Shown one piece after another: positions 52,797 through 64,000 of a DNA stretch of 64,000 nt (within the stretch, counting starts at the first letter, position 1; each line of letters starts with the position of its first letter). Origin of the DNA: Paramecium tetraurelia (lineage: Eukaryota); contig CT868463.1 of the NCBI GenBank assembly GCA_000165425.1, positions 124,001 to 188,000 of the forward strand, given 5' to 3'. Under the pieces are notes generated by a model. That model searched no databases. It had not been told where the DNA came from and was given only the letters and a program-made list of their open reading frames with translations. Both the position numbers and the translations under genes were made by a program.

Positions 52797-55232
52797 TCAT
52801 TTTAATTCCTTTTGACAATAAATAGCTATCATTTCTTATTAATTGATATTGCAAATTAGTTATGCCTCTGATACTCCTGGAGGAATAACGTAAATTGTGA
52901 ATGCCTCGCTTTAGATGACTCCAGCTCGTTACTAGATTGAAATTGATAAATACCTTATTTCTTAAGTATTGAACATATTCAGCGAATTTAGGAAAGTCTG
53001 TATCTTAAGCAGGACTAAATATTAAAATGGCTGATTGGTCTTATCCTGCTCTCTAATAGGCATCTTAATATGTGCATTTATAACTCATTTCTAGATTAGA
53101 AGGTAAGTTGACTAATTAAGAAATCAATAATACTCTTCTTGGTATCCATGTTAGTTTTGTGCATTCTTGCATCTATACCAACTCTGTGTTGTTTTCCTCT
53201 ATTCATATAACCACACCAAAAAGGCGAGTTGATTTCTTCTTACTTCATGGTTGGAGGAGGGATGATCATATCCATTGAATATTATTATGGTAAATAACTC
53301 TAAGCTTAAGCCTAAGGATTTAGCTATTAGTAATATTGTAATTGTGGAGGGGGCTATTAAGTTTAAGGAACTGGTTGGGGTTGTGGTCTAAATTGAGGTT
53401 AAACAGGAGTTTAAGCAGGAATTTAAAGTTGTTATTATTGGTTTTTCATGAACATCATTTGTTATTAGTTTGATTGTTATTGAGGATATAAAATAGGCAT
53501 TTAGTTGTAGTCATATATATTTTATAAATTAGGAGGAGCTATATGTTATTAGGGTATAGGCTAATTTTGAAAGGGAGCCAACATCTGAACTTATTATGGG
53601 ATTTATCTAGATACCATCTATTGGTGCATAGGTATTTATTAATTAACTTGCATATAATCTGATTATAAAATGAATGTATTACCCATTGCATATGGTTATT
53701 GCATAAACATATTATTTTATCTTTTGTTTTATACATTAGTAGGATAATTAGATAAGATAGCCACATCACACTTTTTGTCACCCAATATTTGTATTTTGTA
53801 TCTACAGAATTTCCTTCTGGCTTTTTTGCAATCCTTTAAAAAGGAGAACTCTATTAAGACATAGGATCTCAATTAAGGAGAATCTGGTTAGAAATGTTGA
53901 ATTCCTTTGACTTCACCTCCGAATTTCTCAGCCATTTTTTTCAAGAATTTTTCATCCAAAACATAATTCTAATTTGGAGGAAATCCAATGAACATAACTG
54001 GCCACATTTCTTCTTCCTATAAGTTTATTATCATTTAAAATTACTCGTTCACTATCTTCAGCATTGCCAACAATTTGCACTCTTCGAAATGGATCAGATT
54101 AATATATTTTGACTTGTCCTGCACTCTCCAATAGTTCTGCAATCAAGGATGAGTTTTGCATAGCTTAGAGGACTGATTCTAGTCTCTTGAATTTCACATA
54201 TGCGTAATTGACCAATTACTTAGGAACAATGTCAATTCTCTCTACAATGCCATAAGCAGAAAAGATCCTTTGTATGTCTGCAGAAATCTTCGATTGAGGT
54301 ATCCCAGATATAAATAACTCTCTTACATAGACATGATGAGTTATTTGATATTGCTACTATGGCTACTTTATTTTTTAGAAATTAACATACTTATTAATAC
54401 ATTAGATGAGACTACAAATCGCCACCTGAAAATACTATCTCTGCAATGTCCTTATTCTCAACTTTAACAAGAGCACTTCTAGGTGGCAATTTAGAAGAAG
54501 ATGATTCAGATGAACTAGAATGTTTACGCTTTTTTTATTTTTTTTATTTTTTAGCAGATCTTGCTCTTGAAGAATCAGAGGAGGACGATGATTCTGATTT
54601 CTTCTTCTTTTATTAATTAAAAAATACAACTTTCTTTTTTGGTTTGGATTTATCCTTCTTTAATCTCTCCTTTGATTTCTCCTTCTTTTTAACCTTATCA
54701 TCCTTCTTCTTATCAGATTTCTAATGACCGGCACCAGCAGAATCCTTAAGGAAGAATACAAAATGTAAAAGCATACATCATTTTTATCTTTACTAAAAGC
54801 AACTGTCCACGTGGTTCCCAAGGGACTGTTTTATTTCAATTCTGTGACAGCATTTTAAGCTCCATCACCATCGCACATAAGAACAAACCCATAGCAGTAA
54901 TCTTTTAGTGGTTACTTATTTAAATATATATAAAAAACTAAACCCCTTAACTATTTTTGCGAATGATCTTAACTTCTTTAATTTAACCATATTTGGAGAA
55001 CACACGATGCAATGTCTCTTCTGTAATCTACAAAGGAAGGTTTCCAATGTGCAATTTACAATTTTTATTCCTAATGTCCTTCTCGGGTGGTATAGATGGC
55101 GTGAAGAATTGGTTTCGAGGAAGTTCTAAAGAGGGAGATAATCAAAAAAGAAAATTATTACCATCCTATTAATGTTAATTCCAAGGATATTCATCATTCG
55201 ACGTATTCACTAAGAATAAAAAAATCAACACT
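52797..55232 (-). CDS. 3xRRM + C-terminal SPOC protein (FPA/SPEN/RBM15-like)
   Basis: RRM1 KLHIGNLP...YGFVLM; RRM2 ELFISGIP...YAYVKF; RRM3 MFIGFP...YVLIEF; Q/P-rich linker; SPOC WCGYM...LPSNL...FAEYVQYLRNKQRAGVI...IYVIPP. The start exon is uncertain. Confidence 0.85.
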
Positions 55233-56021
55233 TTGTAATATATGAGAGGAATGTGAGAGAAGAAGGAGGAGATATTACTTTTTCTATGCTATTCGGAGTT
55301 AGTTTAATAATTTAAATATTAAATATCTCAATTATTTTATTGATGAATTTATATATTAAAAATAAACAAACATTTAATTATTACTACTGCATTCCATTAA
55401 TATCTCTAAAGTATAATATACCTATATATTATACTAAATAATGTTCAAATATTTGAAAGCATTTTTATAATGAAGTAATCAAAATATTCTTAAATCTTAT
55501 TAGTTTATGAAATCAAAAATTTACCTGACCTGTATTAAAATACCAATTGAAATAGGAATTAAACAATATTTATATTAATTCTTGTTGCTGATTAGAAGAA
55601 TATTCAATTTTATAATATTGGTTGAAGAAATCTCTTCTACTTATTGATAATTAATTTGTGAAACCCCATCAAATATTTGGAAATCCTATAATTTTCATAA
55701 AATACAGACCTGTACCTAAATTGGATAGAGATGCTCTAGAATTAACATTTAAAACCATGACTACTATTTTATAATTTTAAAAATAGGAAAGATAGATTGA
55801 AATGTATAGTTATATTCTAATCAATCTTACTAATAGTGATTAGGAGTAAAATAATAATATTTAGCATGTTCAATCCAACTTAATTACTCTAAAATAATCA
55901 TCTCATCTGAAATACTATTGAAATGATTTATAATAAATTTCGATTTCTGAGTTAATTAAATATTATAAGACAATCTTGATAAGATAAAAATATATTAATT
56001 ATTTTATTTATTGATAATTAA

Positions 56022-56622
56022 ATGAACCATTAATAATCCACTTAGTTGATTCAAAAGTATGCCAAGAATCCATGGCATCATGTTCATTTTGGCAGTGACA
56101 GTCCAAAGTATAATATTATTTAAATTTAGAATTGTGAATGCTATCATAGAAATCACAAAAGGAAGTAAAGCCAAATATGAATTGGACAAAGACAGTGGTC
56201 TATTAAAATTAGATAGAGTCTTATTTTCAGCTGTTCATTATCCTGCAAATTACGGATTCATCCCATAAACTTATTGTGATGATAAAGATCCTTTAGATAT
56301 TTTAGTGTTATGTTCAGTTGAAATTGAGCCAATGTGTCTAGTCGAGGCTCGTGTTATTGGTGTTATGCATATGGTTGATCAAGGAGAAATCGATGATAAG
56401 ATAATTGCAGTGGCCAAAAATGATGCATCTTATGCAGGTGTCAACGATTTGAAGGATATTCCATCCCATACTACTTAAGAAATCCAAAGATTCTTTGAGG
56501 ATTACAAGAAGCTTGAACACAAACATGTGGTTGTCGAGGAATTCAAAGGAAAAGAAGATGCATACAGGATTGTGGAAGAAAGTATCAAGCTATATGAAGA
56601 GAAGTTCTTAAAGAATTTATGA
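56022..56622 (+). CDS. ppa: family I soluble inorganic pyrophosphatase, prokaryotic/plant-cytosolic type
   Basis: [72 protein letters not shown]; one tiny intron. Confidence 0.96.
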
Positions 56623-57160
56623 TATTCTTAATATCAATACAATCATACAGTTCAAATTAAATAAATATATATAATATCACAAGAGAGAACATTTATATAG
56701 ATATCTTTATTACGATGGCTCTCCTTATCTGTATACTATCATCTCCTTATATTTGTTCCTACTAGCTATTTATATTCAATCTCATTCTACTATCCATTTG
56801 TTCAAGCAACCTATTACTTTGTGTAATTAAGCTTAATCATTAGAATTGTATTGCTACCATTTCGTATTATCATCAGATAGTGTAAAGAATTGATTTTTTA
56901 TTAAAATGTAGTTATTTAATTGAATATTTGTCAGATAATAAAGATCACGGATTTAAAATTAGACATTTCATGTTTATAAGCATCTCTACCATACTGATTA
57001 TCTTTTTATTAGGAATAAAAATAAAAAATAATTCTATTGATTAATATAATAACTAAGCTTAGAATTATATTTGTGTGAATGTGCTTTTATAAATCGTTCT
57101 CGTGCTCCAATAATTTGAATTTAAATTAATCTATATATATAATTAATAATTATAATTGCA

Positions 57161-57418
57161 ATGCAAAATTTAACATATAATACACTCAATTTGCCATCTA
57201 CTCCATAAACTCCTTCTACTCCCACATTCGAGTATTCTGACTAAGATCAAAGTTCTAAGCATACCTCTCGTAGAACCCTTTTTGATTTGGAGGAAGAATA
57301 CATAATCCATAAGAACCCTATTTTTAGACGAAGGCTGAAGAGCAAATAGTATACTTAAATGGATTCTACTACCTTTTTAGGCCGAAATCAATTAGAGAAT
57401 GATCTAGAATCGCTGTGA
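57161..57418 (+). CDS. small hypothetical protein (85 aa)
   Basis: Clean ATG-TGA frame with S/T-P repeats (PSTPQTPSTP). Confidence 0.6.
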
Positions 57419-57605
57419 TTCTATATCGATTATAACTGAGATATTAATACATTTACTCAAAATAGAAATCAAAATATCTTAATTATAATTAAATTTAGTA
57501 TTACTTGAGATTTATATATTTATGAGAATAATAAGTTAATTTTATACCAAACATGTATTATAATTAATTATCAATTAAAAATTTACTAAGAACTTAAGGG
57601 AAACA

Positions 57606-58135
57606 TCAATATTTTACAAAAACTAGATTTTTATCATAATGTTTCTACTTCTTATTTATTTAATAAAAACCATATAAATTCTAAATCATTATTTTTTAGT
57701 TTATTTTAATGCTCCTTTCTTGAGAGGGCTTTTTAAATGCCCAATCAACTTGAACCTTTTTACCGCAAATGCCTTCTGATTTATTAATCCCATTAATTGC
57801 ATCAGATGCATGAGTATATTCATTGAATTCAACTAAGGCATATCTATCAAATTTTATTATTAGGTATTATACCCTTTAACAAATCCAGTTCTTCTGTCTA
57901 GATTCAAATGTAGATTTTTTATTGGTCCATATTTACTAAAAGCATCAAACACATCATCTTCTTGAGCTTCTTCATGAATGCCTTTAACAATCACAATCCA
58001 TCCTTCAATAGCTAATAATTAATTTTGCCAAATACATTTCATAGGTCCTGGACCATCATCACTTTCTAAAGATTGGAAATTGCCAGCATCACCTTTATAT
58101 CTATCAGGATTATCATTTGTTTATTTTTTGGACAT
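57606..58135 (-). CDS. RBM8A: exon-junction complex subunit Y14/Tsunagi
   Basis: [26 protein letters not shown]...[25 protein letters not shown]...VDWAF. The stop position is ambiguous (see finding). Confidence 0.93.
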
Positions 58136-58141
58136 TAATTA

Positions 58142-59210
58142 AAATAATAACAGAAAAAGAATGGTACTCAGCGTATATTCGATAGTACCTGTGACTAAAT
58201 TGTCTATAAAGGCTATTTAAGAGTATTCAAAAATCCAAAGGCTGCATAATTTTTACTCTTGATTGAATAATTAGCAATCTGGGAGCAGACATTAATGTTG
58301 ACTGAGATTTATGAATATTTGGAAAAAGAAACATTGAAAATTTATTATTTTTGACATACAGTACATTAATTAAGAGGATTGATTTTTAAATTGAAAGCAG
58401 ATCTAAGTCCTCAAATCGCAATCACAATATTTTATAAAAAAACATCGATATGTTTAGAAGGATTTGCATTGGCTTATAAGCAACTAAGGAATAAGACATC
58501 AATTGTGAAGTCCGGAATTAGATTTGTAAAAATGAATTATAAAAAAAACTATTACTTAAAAGAACTAGGAAAAGTATCTAAAGAAATGGTTTATATTGTT
58601 AAAGAATTTTAATAGTATGGATTTTTCAATTATTCTGGTGAGGTATAATATGGTGAGTTTGATATTTAAATAACATTAAGGACTTGTTCCTTATGTGGGC
58701 TAGCAAAAGTAGATTTAGCAAACAACATTTTTTGTAAACATAGATATTGTGAACACTGCCTAAAAAGTTATTTTAGAAATAAGTACTCTATTGAATGTCC
58801 CATCCTTGGATGCAATGCAAACTAATAAGGAAATTAATCACCTTAAAGAATCAGACATAAAAGAATAGACCTTAATCGGCTGAAAGATAGAAGAAATAAA
58901 TACAATTTAAGATGCAGTACCTAATGCTGCTACTTTATTAATGGATCCTAATTGGCCTCCTAAATTTGTTGGGTCTCATGTACCTAATTATTTGGAATCC
59001 TAATCATTCAATTAAAAAAAATAATAGAATATCAATGTGAAGAAAGAAACTTTACTCAGGATGAGATAAAAAACAATAATTATCAATGCTCGCAATGTCT
59101 GATGATATTATAGGATACATGCTCAAATTAAGGCTAAATGTAATAGACATTATGTCTGTATACAATGTACATTAAATGCATAGTAGATATGTTTACTTTG
59201 TTGATTAATA
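58142..59210 (+). pseudogene. RING (RBR/IBR-like) E3 ligase gene with internal TGA and no clear start
   Basis: Long frame with CSLC...CKHRYCEHC...CPILGC followed by more Cys clusters; one in-frame TGA at 58352-58354; the 3' end has no timely stop. Confidence 0.55.
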
Positions 59211-59244
59211 ATTCATAACTATTATTATTATATACTAATAATTA

Positions 59245-61699
59245 TCATCTCTTGGATGAGTTCTTTGTTTTATCCTTTTTGATTTTTTTTAAAATTTAAC
59301 TGTAAGTATCAGTATCCTGGTATTATAAAAGCTAAGCAACTTCTCTCTTAAGATTTTTAGCAGGTAAAGACTTTTAATTTTATGCAATCTAATTAACTAA
59401 TTTTTGTTATTTCTAATTTTTCCCTTTTGGATTGATCTCTTTTTAAGTTTTCTATTTATTCTTCTAAATTTCATTTTGATTTTCTTCAGATTCGAATTCG
59501 CTACTTAAGAGATATTCGCTACTACTAGAAGATGATGAGGGTTAATATTCACGAACTTTTTCAATTTCCTACCTTTTTAAATTAAGTAAAACATTTACTT
59601 CTATAATTTCTTTGTGATTTAATTAGTTTTCTATTGTAGCTTTTTACTCTTCTAAGTGCTCTTATGATTCTTAAGTTATTATGATTTGACATCTTCATTC
59701 CACATCAGTATGTCTTATTCTAATAATTTCCATTTCAATTTTTCTCTTCTCATTATCTAAGAACACAATAATCTAAGATTTTCAAAATCAAGTCTTATGG
59801 TTTGCATATCCTTAAAATTGCTCAATTATTATTTTACAATTGAAAAGCCAGTCCTCTAGAAAATATAAAAAATCTACTTATAATTGAGTAGGTTTCTTTT
59901 TGTATAATTATTCTTCAGTCAAAGGTCTAACATATTTCTCAAAAATTGAATCTTTGGACAATTAGTCGAGATCACCTCCACAAATTGTAAACAGATCCTT
60001 CAATTTAATCATGATATCGTTTCTTTGGCATCTTGAACAAAAACAAATGGCCTAGATGCTCGATATATGGAATGTACTTAACAAAAGGGACAAACCCAAT
60101 CAGTTTTCTAAACTACTTCTTCAATTTTAATTTCATAGTTCTACTTTAAGCACATTCTACAGAATTTCCTTTGACATATTAATTCGCCATCTTTAGGATT
60201 AGGTAATAATTTACTTTTCTTTGAATAAATGCTATAGGCTGTTTTCTTTCTGTTTGGAACTTATCTTCGACTTGTTATTCCTTCCTCATCCACTAAAATT
60301 ACATATTATAATCTATACATTAAGAGAACAAATAGGAATCTGTCATTTACGAAGTTATAATTGGCAATCCCATAGTACTACTTCGATAATTACAAGATAT
60401 AAGGTATTCCTCTCTAAATAGCATTTTACAATGATGACATGCCTCATAACGTGATAAATTTGAATCATTTTCATTCTATGATGCTATTTTAGATTCTTTT
60501 GTGAGGTTCTTGTTTATTAAAGGATTAGGTTTCTATCTATTATGCTATACTTAGTTTATCCCAATGAACTGTGATATTATTTATAAATACATTTTGAGAG
60601 ATATGGGAGTACTTAGTTTTTTGGGGAATATTGTAAAACTTAAATAAGGATGTATCTCTTAACTTATCTAACTCATACATCAACTCTTCCTAAATGTTAA
60701 CATAGTTTGAATTTAAAGCTTATTCAAATGCTACACAAAATGTATACCCGTTTGAAGTATGAGTAGTACTTACTACTTTCACAATGGATTCAGCTGTTTA
60801 TCTGTAATCCAATTATTCTAAACTTTTTCTTAAAAAGTTGAGTAAAGCTTCATTGTTGTAGATAATTTAATTTTTACTGAGTCCATTATTAATACGTGCT
60901 TACTTGTATATATGAACCTAAGTGCCAAATACATTTAATGGTTATTCAGATTTAATTTTTTAATTCAAATTTTATAAATCTAATTTATTTGACTTATTGA
61001 GTTATTGCAATTCTGCAGTATATTCTTAAAGCTACAAGAATATTTCATCTTTCTGGCCAGTTCTTAATTCAATTTATTCATTCAACTTATCTAATATTTT
61101 ATCTAACTAAGCATTTTCTTAGATCAATGAACTTATATTAATAAATTATTACCTTATACTTTTTTAATTAAATTTGACCATAGATTTCTATTTCATATAA
61201 TATAATTTATCAATCTAAGGAATTTTTAGATCTTTGGCTTTATGAATAAGTCCACTTAGCCTAATGTGCTTTTAAATATTTTCCTTATAAGTGGCATTTT
61301 CTAATTAGAAATACTACTTATTTAAGATTTATTTTGCTTAATAAAACTTGTAATCTGCATATTTCACAGGAAATTAGGTGTGTATTATGTCTTCATTGAT
61401 AGCCTTGAGATAGTCAAGTCGCTCATATTCAGGTTCATCAATTTTCTTGAAGTATACTTAATTAATGTGTCTCCAAAAATAACATAAAATGTATTCATTC
61501 TAATATGAACTGTTGATGTGTGAATTATTCTAGGAGGTTCTAATTTTCAGTTTCCGTCTATTGGTATTAAAAATTGACATTACTTGGAATATTTATCATA
61601 AATATCAAAATTCCCATTCTTTTTATCTAACTTTATTATTTTCTCAAGATTATTTTTGTTTTAGTTTTTATCAACATTCAATTAATTATCTTCGCTCAT
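59245..61699 (-). CDS. zf-4CXXC_R1 (CDCA7/JMJD-type) zinc-finger protein
   Basis: ACHHCK...ISC...ICQRKFCRMCLKQNYE...WVCPFCQAICFCSRCQ; acidic/Ser-rich and basic C-terminus; several tiny introns. The joins of the 5' exons are less certain. Confidence 0.8.
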
Positions 61700-62307
61700 T
61701 CCTAAAGTAATATTGAGTAATAGGTAAATATAAACGTATATAGAAATATTAAAAGAATATTAAGAAATATTCTTACAATGAAACCATACCTTCCTTTTAT
61801 TTCTTTACTCCTAAAAAGAGTGTTATTTAATAAATAAAATAATAAATTCTTGTGTAATTTATATTAATCAACTATCCAATAATATTTACACACAGCCAAT
61901 CAAAGTATTATCTCCCTTTGAAGAACACAATTGATTATAATACAGATATATATATATAAACATTATTCACTAACAAACTTTTCAAATATAAATGTGCCCC
62001 AAAGTTCGAAACTCAATCTATGCTTATAAATTACGAAATTGAAATAACATTTTTCATTTCTGAAAATACATTGTTATGATATCAATATTAATAATAATAA
62101 ATCATCCTTGTTGAATTAAGCTATCCATCCAAATTCTACTAAATAACTCAGAAGGATAATTAATATTAAACTAAAAATATTATGAATACTTTAGTATAAA
62201 GTTCAATTGTTTTAGAGTCTATAAGTATTGTATGCATATAAATTTAACCTATTTAAACAGATTTTTGGAACTATTTAAATAATAATAAATTTTATATAAA
62301 TTATCAA

Positions 62308-62936
62308 ATGGCAAAGACAACTTGTGCAAAAGCTCTCTAAAATTGGGAGCAAGATCATCCAGGTGAACAACCATCTGAAGCAGAAGATATTAGATTAATA
62401 TTTTAAAATCCTCCACTTGACAAATTGGATCCACCAGTTTTAAATACTTTAGCTAAGGTTAAACGGCTATCCCTTTCTTCAAATGCTATAGAGAAGATGG
62501 TCAATCTTCCTGGCTTAAGGCAGATTGAAATCCTATCGTTATCGAGAAATAATATAAAGAAGATAGCTGGATTAGAAGAAATAGGATAAACATTAAAAGA
62601 ACTATGGTTGAGTTACAATTACATAGAAAGGCTTGATGGTCTATAACCATGTGTTAAATTGCATACACTCTATATTGGTAATAATAGAATCAAAATTTGG
62701 GATGAAGTTGATAAATTGAAAGACCTTCCCGAAATTGCCAATGTTCTTTTTGTAGGTAATCTTTAATTTAAATAAAAGGAAATCCTATTTATGAAAACTA
62801 GAAAGACGATCCTAAATTGCTTGTTCTCAAAAGAATAACCACTTTAAAAAATGTGGATGGTACTGTTGTTGATGACTCATTAATGGAAAAGGTTAAAGCT
62901 TTGGGAGATGGAGTTCCTACAACCACTGTCAAATGA
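62308..62936 (+). CDS. DNAL1: axonemal outer-arm dynein light chain 1 (LRR)
   Basis: MAKTTCAKALQNWE, PPLDKLD, LSLSSNAIEKM, ILSLSRNNIKKI, LKELWLSYNYI, LFVGNPIY, LKNVDG; one intron. Confidence 0.96.
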
Positions 62937-63071
62937 CAATTATTAATAATATAATTATTAACAGATGGTCCTTTCAATTCATACAATTCCATATATGTAT
63001 TCAATTTGTTGTGATTCATGATTATTGTAAATAAATATAAATCTGAATGACAGATCGACTCATTATTATTA

Positions 63072-64000
63072 ATGCAAGGAACATTGATTATTAGGCCATT
63101 TAAGGCTAACTTGAAAAAAGATACTGAAATATTTGGAAAAATGGTACTTGATTATATCTGAACTTAATATTAGGATCCCTTTGTCATTGTTAAAATGGGA
63201 AATTAAAATTAAAATACTTCCGTCGCTAATGAAGCTGGCAAAACTCCTGTATGGAATAATGTTCTTACATTCAGAAAAACCTATGAAAACCTAATTGAAT
63301 TTGAAGTTTGGGATGTAATTCAATTATAATATCCAGTACGATCAAGGCTCTAAAAATGATCTAATCGGCTAAGCATCCTTCCCTACTGCATAAGTTGAGC
63401 AAACAAGATAATTTTAAGGACCAATCCCTTTGATGTATAAAGGAAAGTCTTCTGGTGAATTACACGTTATAATTGAATTTCATCCAGATGGACAAGGACA
63501 AGGCTTTCCATAATAACCCTAATAAATTGGTTATCCATAATAACCAGGCTTTCCTCATCAACCTGGTTATCCGCCATAATAAGGTCATCCTCCCTAACCT
63601 GGTTATCCACCTCAGGGTCATCCTCCTCAACCAGGCTATCCTCCTCAACCAGGTTATCCACCTTAACCTGGTTATCCACCTTAACCTGGTTATCCACCAT
63701 AATAAGGTTACCCACCTTAACCTGGTTATCCCCCACAACCTGGTTATCCCCCACAACCTGGTTATCCCCCATAACCTGGATAACCTCATCTACAACCAGG
63801 TTATCCTGGATATCCCCCATAATAGATAGCCGTGGTGTAAATTAAATTTAATCCTAATTGTCATGAGTAATGAAATATTTTAATTTTAGTTGTCACGGAA
63901 CTGGAAAAATTATGAAAAAAGGTAAACAAAAATTCTGTAAGGACTGTTATAAACATGCTGGAATATGTCATAAATGTGGTGGGACTGGCTATAATCAAAA
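63072..64000 (+). CDS. C2 domain + PPQPGY repeat + CxxCxGxG zinc-finger protein (runs off right edge)
   Basis: MQGTLIIRP..KMDPFV..GKTPVWN..FEVWDYD...DLIG (C2); P/Q/G/Y repeats; NCHDCHGTG...CKDC...CHKCGGTG. Confidence 0.9.
63530..63820 (+). repeat. coding tandem repeat, mostly 18-bp units (PPQPGY)
   Basis: Repeated CC(A/C/T)CC(A/T)YAACCTGGTTAT units; these cause the spurious repetitive ORFs in the supplied track. Confidence 0.9.

Noticed and set aside
56660..57010. SNARE-like fragment on the minus strand (SNRLLEQMDSRMR...hydrophobic tail)
   Set aside because: No coherent start or stop and frames change; too weak to call.
63530..63820. Possible CRISPR-like or telomeric repeat array
   Set aside because: No unique spacers; units vary at synonymous positions inside a CDS; not G4T2/G3T3 telomeric repeats.
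63460..63829. Three supplied repetitive ORFs (RLWGIT, GDNQVV, HLNLVI repeats)
   Set aside because: They are off-frame or antisense shadows of the PPQPGY coding repeat. The real frame contains TAA=Gln and was missed by the track.
1..64000. Retained IESs or transposons
   Set aside because: All conserved genes are restored by GT..AG introns alone. I recognised no TA-bounded insertion breaking a conserved frame and no transposase or RT motifs. Intergenic IESs cannot be excluded by eye.

Overview
Very AT-rich, gene-dense eukaryotic DNA that reads as ciliate somatic (macronuclear) sequence, most likely Paramecium. The evidence is that TAA/TAG encode Gln (only TGA stops), introns are tiny GT..AG introns of about 21-28 nt, and some intergenic spacers are under 40 bp. 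The supplied standard-code ORF track is therefore fragmentary. I re-read both strands by hand with the ciliate code and intron removal, giving about 38 protein genes, one initiator tRNA-Met and several decayed gene-like tracts. Recognisable products include a short-form class II DAHP synthase, an M16/MPP-like protein, Pumilio, MORN, Tubby, DnaJ, two CK1 kinases, Rab, SF-assemblin, histidine ammonia-lyase, a PHD finger, a TBC RabGAP, a PB1-ZZ protein, endosulfine, ACAD10/11, a pseudo-DSP, 14-3-3, CFAP57, a cyclin, an RRM3-SPOC (FPA/SPEN-like) protein, a prokaryote-type pyrophosphatase, Y14, a zf-4CXXC_R1 protein, DNAL1 and a C2/PPQPGY/Zn-finger protein. I saw no transposon, CRISPR array, telomere or obvious retained IES, and no clustered multi-gene novel system. 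The most interesting items are individual genes. CDS coordinates span start to stop including introns; exon boundaries are manual and unverified.
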